In this document: one piece after another, positions 9,617-18,169 of the stretch
Layout of the letters: every line of letters begins with the position of its first letter
Numbering within the stretch: the first letter of the stretch is position 1
From: Smithellaceae bacterium
GTDB lineage: Bacteria > Desulfobacterota > Syntrophia > Syntrophales > Smithellaceae
Assembly (NCBI GenBank): GCA_030690945.1
Contig: JAUYFM010000064.1
Location: 928-64,927 of the forward strand
Direction of reading: 5' to 3'
Length of the DNA stretch: 64,000 nucleotides
Translations under genes and position numbers: made by a program
The notes under the pieces: model-generated
The model's database searches: none
The model's input: only the letters and a program-made list of their open reading frames with translations
Told to the model about the DNA's origin: nothing

Positions 9617-10599
9617 GAGTAATTTCCTTTTTTATTTAAGAAGGATTCCGGTAAATTAATATGAGAAAAAAGCGGAAAATGGTCCGAGGGATAGCGCCTC
9701 TTTTGTCGCAATTGAATGATTTGCGCATTCTGCACACTAACCGTAGAAGGAACAAAAATATAATCAAGCTTGAAACGGAAAAAAAATCGGCGATACCCGT
9801 GGAACGTGGCCGCATTGCGATGGTCGGGATATCTTACACGAAAGGTGTCGGTTAAAGGGTTGGGGTTTTGCACCTTCCCTTCCGCTTTGGTGTTGATCAG
9901 CGTTTTACCTTTTAAATATTGTATCGGCACACTCTTTTCTCTGGCATTGAAATCACCGGTCAAAACGAAAGCGTCCGGATAAGACCGCGCATGAATCCGC
10001 CGGGTCAACAGGATGACGCCTTTTTTTCGTGAACGCTGCGAAAGATGATTTAAATGGGTATTATAAAAATAAAATGCCTGCCCGGATTCTTTTTCAATCA
10101 GCCGCGCCCACGTGCAGTTTCGCGGCATGATATTTCCCCATCCTCTTGACTCCGGAATATCAGGTGTGTCCGAATACCAGAAAGCGCCTTCTTCAGAAAG
10201 AACGAAACGTGCCACCTTATAAAAAATGGGATTATGCAAAACTTTATTGTCGCCCGAGCTGATAATGTTGACCATCTCATAGCCGGGAAGCATGGCGCGA
10301 ATTTCAGAAATTTGAAAATCCAGAGCTTCCTGCAGACCCAAAACATCCGGGGAATAATCCTTCAATATCTCATTCACCAGATCGCGGCGGAATATCCAGT
10401 GATTTTTGCCATCCTGCTTTGTTCCGCGTCGGATATTGAAACTCATAATATTGATATTCAACCCGGTATCGGGCAGCACATCAGAAAACGAATCCGCAGG
10501 TAATTGGTGATATCTGCGTTTTGAACGGAACCTCCCCAGCCATTTTACCGTCCGGGAAACCGGCCTGAATGTTTTTTTGACGAATTGCAGTTGTTTCAT
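9613..10599 (-). CDS. Endonuclease/exonuclease/phosphatase (EEP) family protein
   Basis: 328-aa ORF carrying EEP motifs: IMSFNIRRG, VLGLQEA, LTGDFN and a C-terminal PSDHFPL. Confidence 0.8.
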   Translation of the reverse strand: MKQLQFVKKTFRPVSRTVKWLGRFRSKRRYHQLPADSFSDVLPDTGLNINIMSFNIRRGTKQDGKNHWIFRRDLVNEILKDYSPDVLGLQEALDFQISEIRAMLPGYEMVNIISSGDNKVLHNPIFYKVARFVLSEEGAFWYSDTPDIPESRGWGNIMPRNCTWARLIEKESGQAFYFYNTHLNHLSQRSRKKGVILLTRRIHARSYPDAFVLTGDFNAREKSVPIQYLKGKTLINTKAEGKVQNPNPLTDTFRVRYPDHRNAATFHGYRRFFFRFKLDYIFVPSTVSVQNAQIIQLRQKRRYPSDHFPLFSHINLPESFLNKKGNYS

Positions 10600-10743
10600 T
10601 TTCTATCTTTTCCTTATCTAAACCGGTCGGGATTCTTTTCAATTCACAATTAATGATTATAATAGCTTAAGCATGAAATTGAAAAAGGCAAATCCTTCTG
10701 ATGGGGAATGTGCATGATTTTTTTTAAAATAAAGAATAAACCG

Positions 10744-12135
10744 ATGAAAACCGTCAAACTTGTCTTTTTGTTTTGTTTGTTCCTATCCATTTTGAACCTC
10801 GGCAATGGATGTGCGACCTTGCCGAATGTGTCTGAAAAAATGAATGAGGCACCGGTTGGACAGAAACCCCGTCAGATCGCTTCGTCAAAAGGACTCTTAT
10901 CTCCCCAAAAAAGCAAGGCCATCATGGAACGTCTGAAGAAATCGGTCAACCCGACGGACATTCTGGAACGTTACACTGCAGTGGTAGAATCGGTCACAGA
11001 AAGCCCGCTGACCAAGGGGAACAAAGTTTCCTTGCTTATTGATGGTCCGGCTACCTATGCCGCGATGTTCGAAGTTATACGGAATGCCAAAAACCATATC
11101 AACTTGGAAACATTTATCATCGAAGATGATGAGATTGGTGGTAAATTTACTGACCTGCTGTTGAAAAAACAGAAGGAAGGCGTTCGGGTCAATATTATTT
11201 ACGACAGCGTTGGAAGCCTGACAACACCCGAATCTTTTTTCAAACGCTTGAGGGACGGGGGAATTCAGGTGGTCGAATTCAATCCGGTAAGTCCGTTCAA
11301 GGCTCCCGGAAGCTGGTTCCTGATGCACCAGGATCACCGCAAGATTTTGATTGCTGACGGTAAAGTCGCCATTATCGGAGGTATCAACATCAGCAACGTT
11401 TATTCAAGCAGGCTTTCCGGCAGGAAGAAAGTAAAAGGAGAGCCTCTAACCTGGCGTGATACAGATATCCAAATTGAAGGACCTGCTGTAATGGAAGTCC
11501 AAAAGCTTTTTCTGGAAACCTGGTCCAAGCAGAAAGGACCGACACTCGCCGGACACAACTATTTACCCGATCAGAAAGAATACGGAAAGGCTCTGGTGAG
11601 AATCGTTGGCAGTACACCAGGCACGGACAACCGAATTACGTTTATCATGTATGCGGCCGCGATCACGTATGCGGAGCATTCCATTCATCTGACAAATGCC
11701 TATTTTATCCCGGACGATCAAATATTAGATGCCTTCAAGGATGCTGCCCGGCGCGGTGTTGATGTCAAGATTATTCTCCCCTCAACCACCGATTCATCGC
11801 TGGTCTTAAACGCAGCGCGGCATAATTATTCCGGGCTTCTGAAAGCGGGGGTGAAGATATACGAACGCCGCACCGTCCTCTTGCATGCGAAAACTGCGGT
11901 CATTGACGGCGTCTGGTCAACGGTCGGCTCCACAAATTTGGATTACTGGAGCCTCCTAAGCAATGATGAGGTGAACGCGGTTGTCCTGAGTCGTGAGTTC
12001 GCGGTAGAGATGGAGCGCATGTTTGCCAATGATCTTGCCCAATCCGACCAGATTCAAAAGGATAAGTGGGAAAAGAGGCCTTTATCGCAAAAAATCAAGG
12101 AGGCGGCTGCACACTTATTTGCCCGTTGGCTGTAA
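10744..12135 (+). CDS. cls: Cardiolipin synthase-like phospholipase D family protein (two HKD motifs), lipoprotein-type N-terminus
   Basis: ORF 10708-12135, with the ATG at 10744 (MKTVKLVF) preferred. It has the lipobox-like LGNGC. The two HKD motifs are HRKILIADGK..GGINIS and HAKTAVIDG..VGSTNLD. Confidence 0.85.
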   Translation: MKTVKLVFLFCLFLSILNLGNGCATLPNVSEKMNEAPVGQKPRQIASSKGLLSPQKSKAIMERLKKSVNPTDILERYTAVVESVTESPLTKGNKVSLLIDGPATYAAMFEVIRNAKNHINLETFIIEDDEIGGKFTDLLLKKQKEGVRVNIIYDSVGSLTTPESFFKRLRDGGIQVVEFNPVSPFKAPGSWFLMHQDHRKILIADGKVAIIGGINISNVYSSRLSGRKKVKGEPLTWRDTDIQIEGPAVMEVQKLFLETWSKQKGPTLAGHNYLPDQKEYGKALVRIVGSTPGTDNRITFIMYAAAITYAEHSIHLTNAYFIPDDQILDAFKDAARRGVDVKIILPSTTDSSLVLNAARHNYSGLLKAGVKIYERRTVLLHAKTAVIDGVWSTVGSTNLDYWSLLSNDEVNAVVLSREFAVEMERMFANDLAQSDQIQKDKWEKRPLSQKIKEAAAHLFARWL

Positions 12136-12193
12136 GACATCGCCGAAGATCGGTTTACACCAGCAAAAAAGGTCAAATGCAGAATGCTTCCCT

Positions 12194-13276
12194 ATGAGAA
12201 AAATCAAACGGTTTAGTTTTTTTACCCTATTTCTTGCGGCACTTTTAGTTGGCGACGGTTCTATGACCGTCAACGCTGTTCACGAGGAGGGAACGACGCA
12301 AGGAAAACAGCAGCTGGCGCATCATACGACGAATGGTTTTCGCAATATTTATGATTATCCGGAACACGGATTCGCGAGTTTTCTGCGCTGGAAATTGGGG
12401 CGCGCACCTGATGAAGGACCGGCCATTATCCCTGTTCAGAAGATACCCTATGCGCCGGATATTGTTGCACCGGATTATCAGCGTATCGATCATCCCAATC
12501 CCGCTAAAATACAGATTACCTGGATAGGTCATGCAACATTTTTAATCCAGGTTGAGGGGATCAATATCTTAACGGATCCTGTTTTTAATAACAAAGCATC
12601 GCCTCTTGGCATTGGGTTTGAACGGAAGAGTCCTCCGGGGATACCCTTTGATCGCCTGCCGCCGATCCATGCCGTTCTCCTGAGTCACAATCACTATGAT
12701 CATCTCGATTTATACACGGTTAAAAAGTTGGGAAACTCGCCAAAATATTTTATCCCTCTGAAGCTTGGACAGTGGTTCCGCGATCAGAAGATTACGAACT
12801 ATACGGAGATGGATTGGTGGAACACATCGATCTTCAAAGGCATCCGCGTTGTGTCTGTACCGGGCCAGCATTTCTCCAGGCGAGCCGTCCGTGACGGCAA
12901 TAAAACACTTTGGGCAGGGTGGGTACTGGAAACGAAACACGGGAAGATACTCTTTGCCGGCGATACGGGATACTCTCCCCATTTTAAGGAAATCAGAGAA
13001 AAGCTGGGGCCGATGCGCCTGGCGCTATTGCCCATCGGGTCCTATCGACCTCGTTGGTTCATGAAGACCATCCATATGGACCCCCCGGATGCCGTGTCCG
13101 CCCACAAGGATCTGCAGGCAGAGCAATCCATTGCTATGCATTGGGGGACCTTTTATATAGCCGATGAACCGCTGGGTGAACCGCCCCTCTATTTAAAAAG
13201 AGCCCTGAAAGAGGCGTCCATCAGTGATGATTCCTTCCTGATAATGAAATTTGGTGAAACGCGGATTTTTGAATAA
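12194..13276 (+). CDS. MBL-fold metallo-hydrolase, NAPE-PLD-like
   Basis: ORF 12023-13276, with the ATG at 12194 (MRKIKRFSFF, signal peptide) preferred. It carries the HxHxDH motif LLSHNHYDHLD. The overall length and order resemble N-acyl-phosphatidylethanolamine-PLD-type Zn hydrolases. Confidence 0.75.
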   Translation: MRKIKRFSFFTLFLAALLVGDGSMTVNAVHEEGTTQGKQQLAHHTTNGFRNIYDYPEHGFASFLRWKLGRAPDEGPAIIPVQKIPYAPDIVAPDYQRIDHPNPAKIQITWIGHATFLIQVEGINILTDPVFNNKASPLGIGFERKSPPGIPFDRLPPIHAVLLSHNHYDHLDLYTVKKLGNSPKYFIPLKLGQWFRDQKITNYTEMDWWNTSIFKGIRVVSVPGQHFSRRAVRDGNKTLWAGWVLETKHGKILFAGDTGYSPHFKEIREKLGPMRLALLPIGSYRPRWFMKTIHMDPPDAVSAHKDLQAEQSIAMHWGTFYIADEPLGEPPLYLKRALKEASISDDSFLIMKFGETRIFE

Positions 13277-13380
13277 AAACAGGATGAAAAGTCTGCTCTT
13301 CTGCTCCTGTGGAAAAGTGAGGATCTGCCCGCTATCTTCGATACGCAACGGATTGAAAATACGGAGGCCCCGGAGAGTAT

Positions 13381-13529
13381 CCCTCAACATGCTGAGGTTC
13401 TGCTAAATATTGAGGCCACTTAAATCCTTTCATGATTTGCTGCTGTTCTTTCACCTTAAGCAAACATCCTGTTATTAAAGGATAATCCAATTTTCTGATT
13501 TTCATTCGTCTATTGGCCGACTATTTGCA
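13381..13529 (+). promoter_or_regulatory. Sigma-54 promoter cassette copy 2
   Basis: The UAS at 13382-13415 is CCTCAACATGCTGAGG-TT-CTGCTAAATATTGAGG. The -24/-12 element at 13514-13529 is TGGCCGactatTTGCA. The ATG at 13623 lies 95 nt downstream. Confidence 0.75.
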
Positions 13530-13622
13530 ATTATTAAACAATCGCTATGCTTTCGTCTAATGGAAGGGCATCTTTTTGAATAAATCCAACTCTGCTCACT
13601 GGTGGGATTTAAGAGAGGTAAC

Positions 13623-14873
13623 ATGATACCGAATCAGGGACCCTTTGGATCCCCCCCCAAGGAAAAGCGCTCCCGCGTGATTCGCATCGAGCCCGCTCCC
13701 GGCGCCATTATCGCTGTGCTACTCATCATCGCCGGCCTGTGGATGCTAAACCAGCTTCTACCGGTGGTTCTGGTACTCGTAGCCGCCCTCATCATCGTCG
13801 GCACCATAAGTCCCGCGGTCCAGTGGTTCGAAGATCGGCGCCTGCACCGGGGTCTGGGCATTGCAATAGTTTTCACCGCGCTCCTGGCGGTCACTGTTCT
13901 CTTTATCACCATGACGATTCCATCACTCATGGCGCAGGTGACAAGCCTTGTGGACCAGGAACCCGCTCTGCGGGCACGCCTCACAAATTGGTTAGCGGGC
14001 TCCCATCTGACCAGCCCCCTGGCAGAACTGCTTCGTAAAGTACACTCCGGTGACCTTGTAAAGATGGTCACCTCGAATGCCCTTGAGATCTCCACCCACG
14101 CCGTCACGATCCTCGCGTATATCCTGAGTTCCGTATTCCTCGCGCTGTACATCATGATCGACCGGGATCGGCTGCGTGGAGGCATCTTCTCGGTAGTTCC
14201 CCGGTCCCATCACATACGGCTTTCCCGGGTCATGCTGAATCTGGAAACCATCGTCGGTGCTTATATCCGCGGGCAGGTAATCACCTGTGCTTTCATGGGC
14301 GTCTTCGTGTACATTATCCTGACCGCCTGCGGTGTTTCCAACGCCCTGCCCATCGCGGTATTTGCTGGTGTTGCCGATGTCCTTCCCTACATTGGCCCCC
14401 TGTTTTCAGTGGGCGCCGCAGTGGTGGCAGCTATCTCTCGCGGCCCCGCCGTCATTATCGTCGTGCTCGTGCTGATGATCGCCTACGAGGAACTCGAGAG
14501 CCGTTTAATCATTCCCCGGGTCTATGGACGCGCATTGCGACTCCCGTCGTCAGTGATCCTTCTGTCGCTTTTGGCAGGAGGCGTTTTATACGGCATCACC
14601 GGGGCACTTCTTGCCCTTCCGGTGGCGGCGGCGGCACGGATGCTCATCGAGGAACTGCGCGTCGAGCTGCCGGGGCAGCAGGAGCAGGCAAAAGATGTGG
14701 AGATCAGGGAACGCGACGACCGCGGTGAAGAGGAGTATGAACGCCGGGCCGAAGGCATGCCCGCTGAGCAGGCCGCTGCCATCGCCGTCGAGATCTCCAC
14801 CGATCGTCATAAGGAAGAGAAAAGTTTGCCAGCGAAAACGGCTGCACCCGGCAGCGATGGGAAACAGGGCTGA
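13623..14873 (+). CDS. AI-2E family transporter (PerM/YhhT-like) with a charged C-terminal tail
   Basis: ORF 13602-14873, with the ATG at 13623 preferred because of the AGAGAGG RBS. It is a multi-TM protein with an AI-2E-type core (VLPYIGP, LALPVAAA). Confidence 0.75.
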   Translation: MIPNQGPFGSPPKEKRSRVIRIEPAPGAIIAVLLIIAGLWMLNQLLPVVLVLVAALIIVGTISPAVQWFEDRRLHRGLGIAIVFTALLAVTVLFITMTIPSLMAQVTSLVDQEPALRARLTNWLAGSHLTSPLAELLRKVHSGDLVKMVTSNALEISTHAVTILAYILSSVFLALYIMIDRDRLRGGIFSVVPRSHHIRLSRVMLNLETIVGAYIRGQVITCAFMGVFVYIILTACGVSNALPIAVFAGVADVLPYIGPLFSVGAAVVAAISRGPAVIIVVLVLMIAYEELESRLIIPRVYGRALRLPSSVILLSLLAGGVLYGITGALLALPVAAAARMLIEELRVELPGQQEQAKDVEIRERDDRGEEEYERRAEGMPAEQAAAIAVEISTDRHKEEKSLPAKTAAPGSDGKQG

Positions 14874-14892
14874 GCCGAACCGGAGAGTGGCC

Positions 14893-15864
14893 ATGACCTT
14901 AAAAAATATCTGGATTCTGATTAAAGCCGCGGCATCATCCTGGGTCGACGACTATGCACAAAGCATGGGAGCGGCACTGGCTTACTACACCTTGTTCTCG
15001 ATCGCACCTTTATTGCTGATTGTGATTTCGGTTGCCGGGCTTATTTTCGGTGTCGAAGCGGCGCGCGGCGAAATTGTCGGACAATTGCAAGGCCTGATGG
15101 GGCGGCAGGGCGCCGAGGCTGTACAAGGTTTGCTCGAAAGTGTGAACAAGCCAGCCGAAAGCGTCACCGCCATGCTGATCGGGGGAATTCTGCTATTAAT
15201 CGGTGCAACAACGGTGTTCGCCGAATTGCAGGATGCCCTGGATCGTATATGGCGCGCACCCAAAAGAAACAACAGTGGAATCTGGGAATTGCTGCGCGAG
15301 CGTGTGCTATCTTTAGGTATGATCATGGGCATCGGCTTTTTATTAATGGTGTCACTGGTGGTTAGTGCGGCGCTGGCCGCACTGGGAAAATTGTGGGGAC
15401 CTCTGTTCGCAGACTGGGGAATCATTGCAAACGTGATTGAGCTTCTGGTCAGCTTCGTTTTCACCACAACCATGTTTGCCATGATCTACAAGATCATGCC
15501 ACGCGTGAAAGTTGACTGGGCGGACGTGTGGATCGGCGCCGCTGTAACCGCTCTGCTCTTCACGATCGGCAAATTCCTGATCGGGTTCTATATCGGCAAG
15601 AGCGGTTTGACTTCGGCATTCGGCGCCGCCGGTTCGCTGGTTGTCATGCTGGCGTGGGTGTATTACTCCGCCCAGATATTCCTGATGGGCGCGGAATTTA
15701 CCTGGGCTTATGCGCTGACATTCGGATCGCACAGAGAGCAGCCGGTACCCGCCGCTGCGCCCATTGTTCCAAGCCAGACGGCAAAAGGACAGCCTGATAA
15801 ACACATGATTGCAGCGAAGCAAGCAGCGGTGGCGGGGCCTATCGAAAAGATCAAAAACAAATAG
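14893..15864 (+). CDS. YihY/BrkB family membrane protein
   Basis: The track ORF 14611-15864 is over-extended. The ATG at 14893 gives MTLKNIWILIKAAASSWVDDYAQSMGAALAYYTLFSIAPLL, the canonical YihY N-terminus. Confidence 0.8.
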   Translation: MTLKNIWILIKAAASSWVDDYAQSMGAALAYYTLFSIAPLLLIVISVAGLIFGVEAARGEIVGQLQGLMGRQGAEAVQGLLESVNKPAESVTAMLIGGILLLIGATTVFAELQDALDRIWRAPKRNNSGIWELLRERVLSLGMIMGIGFLLMVSLVVSAALAALGKLWGPLFADWGIIANVIELLVSFVFTTTMFAMIYKIMPRVKVDWADVWIGAAVTALLFTIGKFLIGFYIGKSGLTSAFGAAGSLVVMLAWVYYSAQIFLMGAEFTWAYALTFGSHREQPVPAAAPIVPSQTAKGQPDKHMIAAKQAAVAGPIEKIKNK

Positions 15865-15965
15865 CTGAAGAGAGACTCCCGAACACTTATGAGGCCTCCG
15901 GTGGTCAGGAGAAAAAAGCATCCATTCACTGGAAAAAGAATATAAGGGAACATAGGGGTGAATCC

Positions 15966-16160
15966 ATGGATCACAAGCAAAAAAAGGACCTGCAAAAGAA
16001 GACAGAAAGAAAACAGGACAACAAGGAGAAAAAGAAAAGCCAGAAGATACGAGAGTGGGAACAGTCAAAGGGAACCAGGGTCATCCGTCCCGTCTGGTTT
16101 GCCGTGGTGGGGCTCACGCTCTCTATGGCGGCATTGCTCTACTGGTTTTTTCTCCGGTAG
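15966..16160 (+). CDS. Hypothetical small protein: Lys/Gln/Glu-rich N-terminus plus one C-terminal TM
   Basis: 64-aa ORF with a weak AGGGGTG RBS. I recognise no family. Confidence 0.35.
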   Translation: MDHKQKKDLQKKTERKQDNKEKKKSQKIREWEQSKGTRVIRPVWFAVVGLTLSMAALLYWFFLR

Positions 16161-16237
16161 TCTCAGTCTATTCTTGAAGGAGACGCATCCGATCGATCTC
16201 AATATGATAACAACGTAACCATACAAACGGAGGTGAT

Positions 16238-16597
16238 ATGCGTAAAATTATTGTTGCCATCTTTCTTGTTTTAACATTTCTTTGTTCCTGCTCAAATTTA
16301 AACAATGCTACCAAACCGAAACCTGATGATGCTATTAAACTGAAACCCGATGATGCCATTGCTTACAGCAACAAGGGGATTGCTTACAATAACCGCGGCC
16401 AGTATCAGCGTGCCATTGAAGAATACAACGAGGCCGTCAGCCTGAAGTCTAACGATGCCTTGCACTACACCAACCGGGCGGGTGCTTATTTTATGCAGGG
16501 CAACAAAAAGCTTTTCTGCCGTGATATACAAAAAGCTTGCACATTGGGAGATTGCAAATTGTTAGAAATGGCTAAAGGCAAGCATTATTGCCCCTGA
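16238..16597 (+). CDS. TPR-repeat lipoprotein
   Basis: 119-aa ORF with a GGAGGTG RBS and the lipobox FLCSC. TPR-like repeats are present (AYSNKGIAYNNRGQYQRAIEEYNEAV, LHYTNRAGAYFMQGN). Confidence 0.7.
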   Translation: MRKIIVAIFLVLTFLCSCSNLNNATKPKPDDAIKLKPDDAIAYSNKGIAYNNRGQYQRAIEEYNEAVSLKSNDALHYTNRAGAYFMQGNKKLFCRDIQKACTLGDCKLLEMAKGKHYCP

Positions 16598-16668
16598 TTC
16601 AGTTGGGTGTTATCGATGCACTGTTTTAAAAATGTTGTCATATTAATGAAACTCTCTGATGTCTCATC

Positions 16669-16715
16669 TGGTTCATGAAGACCATCCATATGGATCCCCC
16701 GGATGCCCCGTCCGC
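16669..16715 (+). pseudogene. 47-bp fragment of the MBL-hydrolase gene (copy of 13055-13101)
   Basis: 44 of 47 nt are identical to 13055-13101 (TGGTTCATGAAGACCATCCATATGGA.CCCCCGGATGCC..GTCCGC). The fragment lies in non-coding DNA 10 bp upstream of cassette copy 3. Confidence 0.75.
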
Positions 16716-16724
16716 TCAAAGTAT

Positions 16725-16874
16725 CCCTCAACATACTGAGGACCCACCAGATATTGAGGTCAAATGAGCGTCTCATGCTTTTAAAACTTTCTTTGCCGAC
16801 CAACCTAACAACCCGATATTAAATAATTAATTTAATATTCACGTTTGGACTCGGCTCTTGGCAAGCTACTTGCT
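16725..16874 (+). promoter_or_regulatory. Sigma-54 promoter cassette copy 3
   Basis: The UAS at 16726-16759 is CCTCAACATACTGAGG-AC-CCACCAGATATTGAGG. The -24/-12 element at 16859-16874 is TGGCAAgctacTTGCT. The ATG at 16907 lies 34 nt downstream. Confidence 0.8.
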
Positions 16875-16906
16875 AATATATTTGTATATTCAAAAGGAGG
16901 TTTGTC

Positions 16907-17107
16907 ATGAAATGGACAGGTATGTATCTTATGGGTTATGTTATCCTGATTGGTGGTCTTCTCGCTGCGCTTTGGAAAATGGGTGTTTTGGCCAGCATCG
17001 GTACAGCATGGACCCTGATTGCAGCGGTGATCGCAATTGGTATTGGCATCATGCTCGCAGTCGTCAGTAGCAGTAATAAAGGAAATATCGAAATCGGCCG
17101 AAAGTGA
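16907..17107 (+). CDS. Hypothetical small membrane protein (66 aa, 2 TM)
   Basis: An AAGGAGG RBS lies 7 nt upstream. Two hydrophobic helices are present. It is the first gene after cassette 3. Confidence 0.6.
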   Translation: MKWTGMYLMGYVILIGGLLAALWKMGVLASIGTAWTLIAAVIAIGIGIMLAVVSSSNKGNIEIGRK

Positions 17108-17156
17108 ATTATAAAAACATCGGTTCAGACAGAGCTGAGAAAGGAGGCCAAATACC

Positions 17157-17291
17157 ATGCAAATCGCCATATCGCCACAGCCGGTGGTTTCTTTAATCGC
17201 GGGAATATTGATTTTTATTTTCCCGAAACTATTAAATTATATCGTTGCCATCTATCTCATTGTCATTGGCATTCTCGGGTTGATCCGCTGA
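17157..17291 (+). CDS. DUF3096 family small membrane protein (44 aa)
   Basis: This ORF is not in the supplied track. Translation is MQIAISPQPVVSLIAGILIFIFPKLLNYIVAIYLIVIGILGLIR, preceded by an AAGGAGG RBS. The P.LL.YIVAIYLI..G...LI ending is the DUF3096 pattern as I recall it. Confidence 0.65.
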   Translation: MQIAISPQPVVSLIAGILIFIFPKLLNYIVAIYLIVIGILGLIR

Positions 17292-17333
17292 TGGGATTGC
17301 CAATTTTTTATTTAAATTATTGAGGGAGGATGT

Positions 17334-17783
17334 ATGATTTCAAAAATTCTTGTGCCGTCAGACGGATCAAAAACAGCACAAATAGCAGCCTTGTTCGCGG
17401 TTGACATCGCAAAACAGTTGAAAGCCTCCATTATTGTGCTGAGCGTTATTGATCAGCGCTCACTGATTGCTCAGACGGCACCAGCATCTAAGACACCCAG
17501 GCACACCATAGAACCTATGGAAGACTATCTGCAAGAGGCCGCCGGAGAGTATGCCGGAGAAATAAAGAAACTGTGCGATAAAAGCGGTGTTGCCGCGACG
17601 ATTTTGATCAAGATGGGGCATCCCGTGGAGGTGATAGTGAAAGAGGCGAAAAGGTCAAAGTCAAATCTTATTGTCATGGGCTCCCATGGCCGGAGCGCCT
17701 TATCAGCCACCGTCCTTGGCAGTGTTTCTTATGGCGTTATCCACAATGATAAAAGCATTCCCGTCCTTATTGTAAGGGGTTGA
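17334..17783 (+). CDS. Universal stress protein (UspA family)
   Basis: 149-aa ORF with a GAGGGAGG RBS. It begins KILVPSDGS and carries the C-terminal ATP-binding motif LIVMGSHGRSALSATVLGSVS. Confidence 0.9.
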   Translation: MISKILVPSDGSKTAQIAALFAVDIAKQLKASIIVLSVIDQRSLIAQTAPASKTPRHTIEPMEDYLQEAAGEYAGEIKKLCDKSGVAATILIKMGHPVEVIVKEAKRSKSNLIVMGSHGRSALSATVLGSVSYGVIHNDKSIPVLIVRG

Positions 17784-17833
17784 TCGCCATTGGGCACAAG
17801 CCCGAAAAGAAGGAAAGAAAGGAAAAGTTTATT

Positions 17834-18169
17834 ATGACAGAGCATGAAAAACCACAGGATCATTTATTCGTTGGATTACTGATCGGAGGGGCTTTAGGCG
17901 CATTAGCCGGCATTCTCTTCGCACCGAAATCCGGAAAAGAACTGCGCTCTGAGATCAGGGAGAAAAGAAGCGCGGTTTTTAAGGATGCAAAAGAAATTTA
18001 TGCTGATGCCAGTACGAAAGCAAAAGAGATTATTGAGGAGGCCACGCATCAAGCGATGGCGTTAAAGAAGGACGCCGATAGACATCTCGCAGAGACACGC
18101 CAAAAAACAAAAGAGATTTTGGCCCATGGCGAAAAAAAACAGGCCGAAGCCGGTGTTACAGAAAAATAA
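17834..18169 (+). CDS. YtxH domain-containing protein
   Basis: The ATG at 17834 lies within ORF 17780-18169. It has a TM segment followed by the LFAPKSGKELRSEI motif and a long charged helix. Confidence 0.8.
   Translation: MTEHEKPQDHLFVGLLIGGALGALAGILFAPKSGKELRSEIREKRSAVFKDAKEIYADASTKAKEIIEEATHQAMALKKDADRHLAETRQKTKEILAHGEKKQAEAGVTEK

Noticed and set aside
14611-14892. A long N-terminal extension of the YihY ORF (track ORF 14611-15864). Similar extensions occur at 12023, 10708, 37248, 45454 and 50471.
   Set aside because: The extensions overlap the preceding gene or a repeat, are Arg/Ser-rich out-of-context sequence, and lack an RBS. Internal ATG or TTG codons with an RBS give canonical family N-termini.
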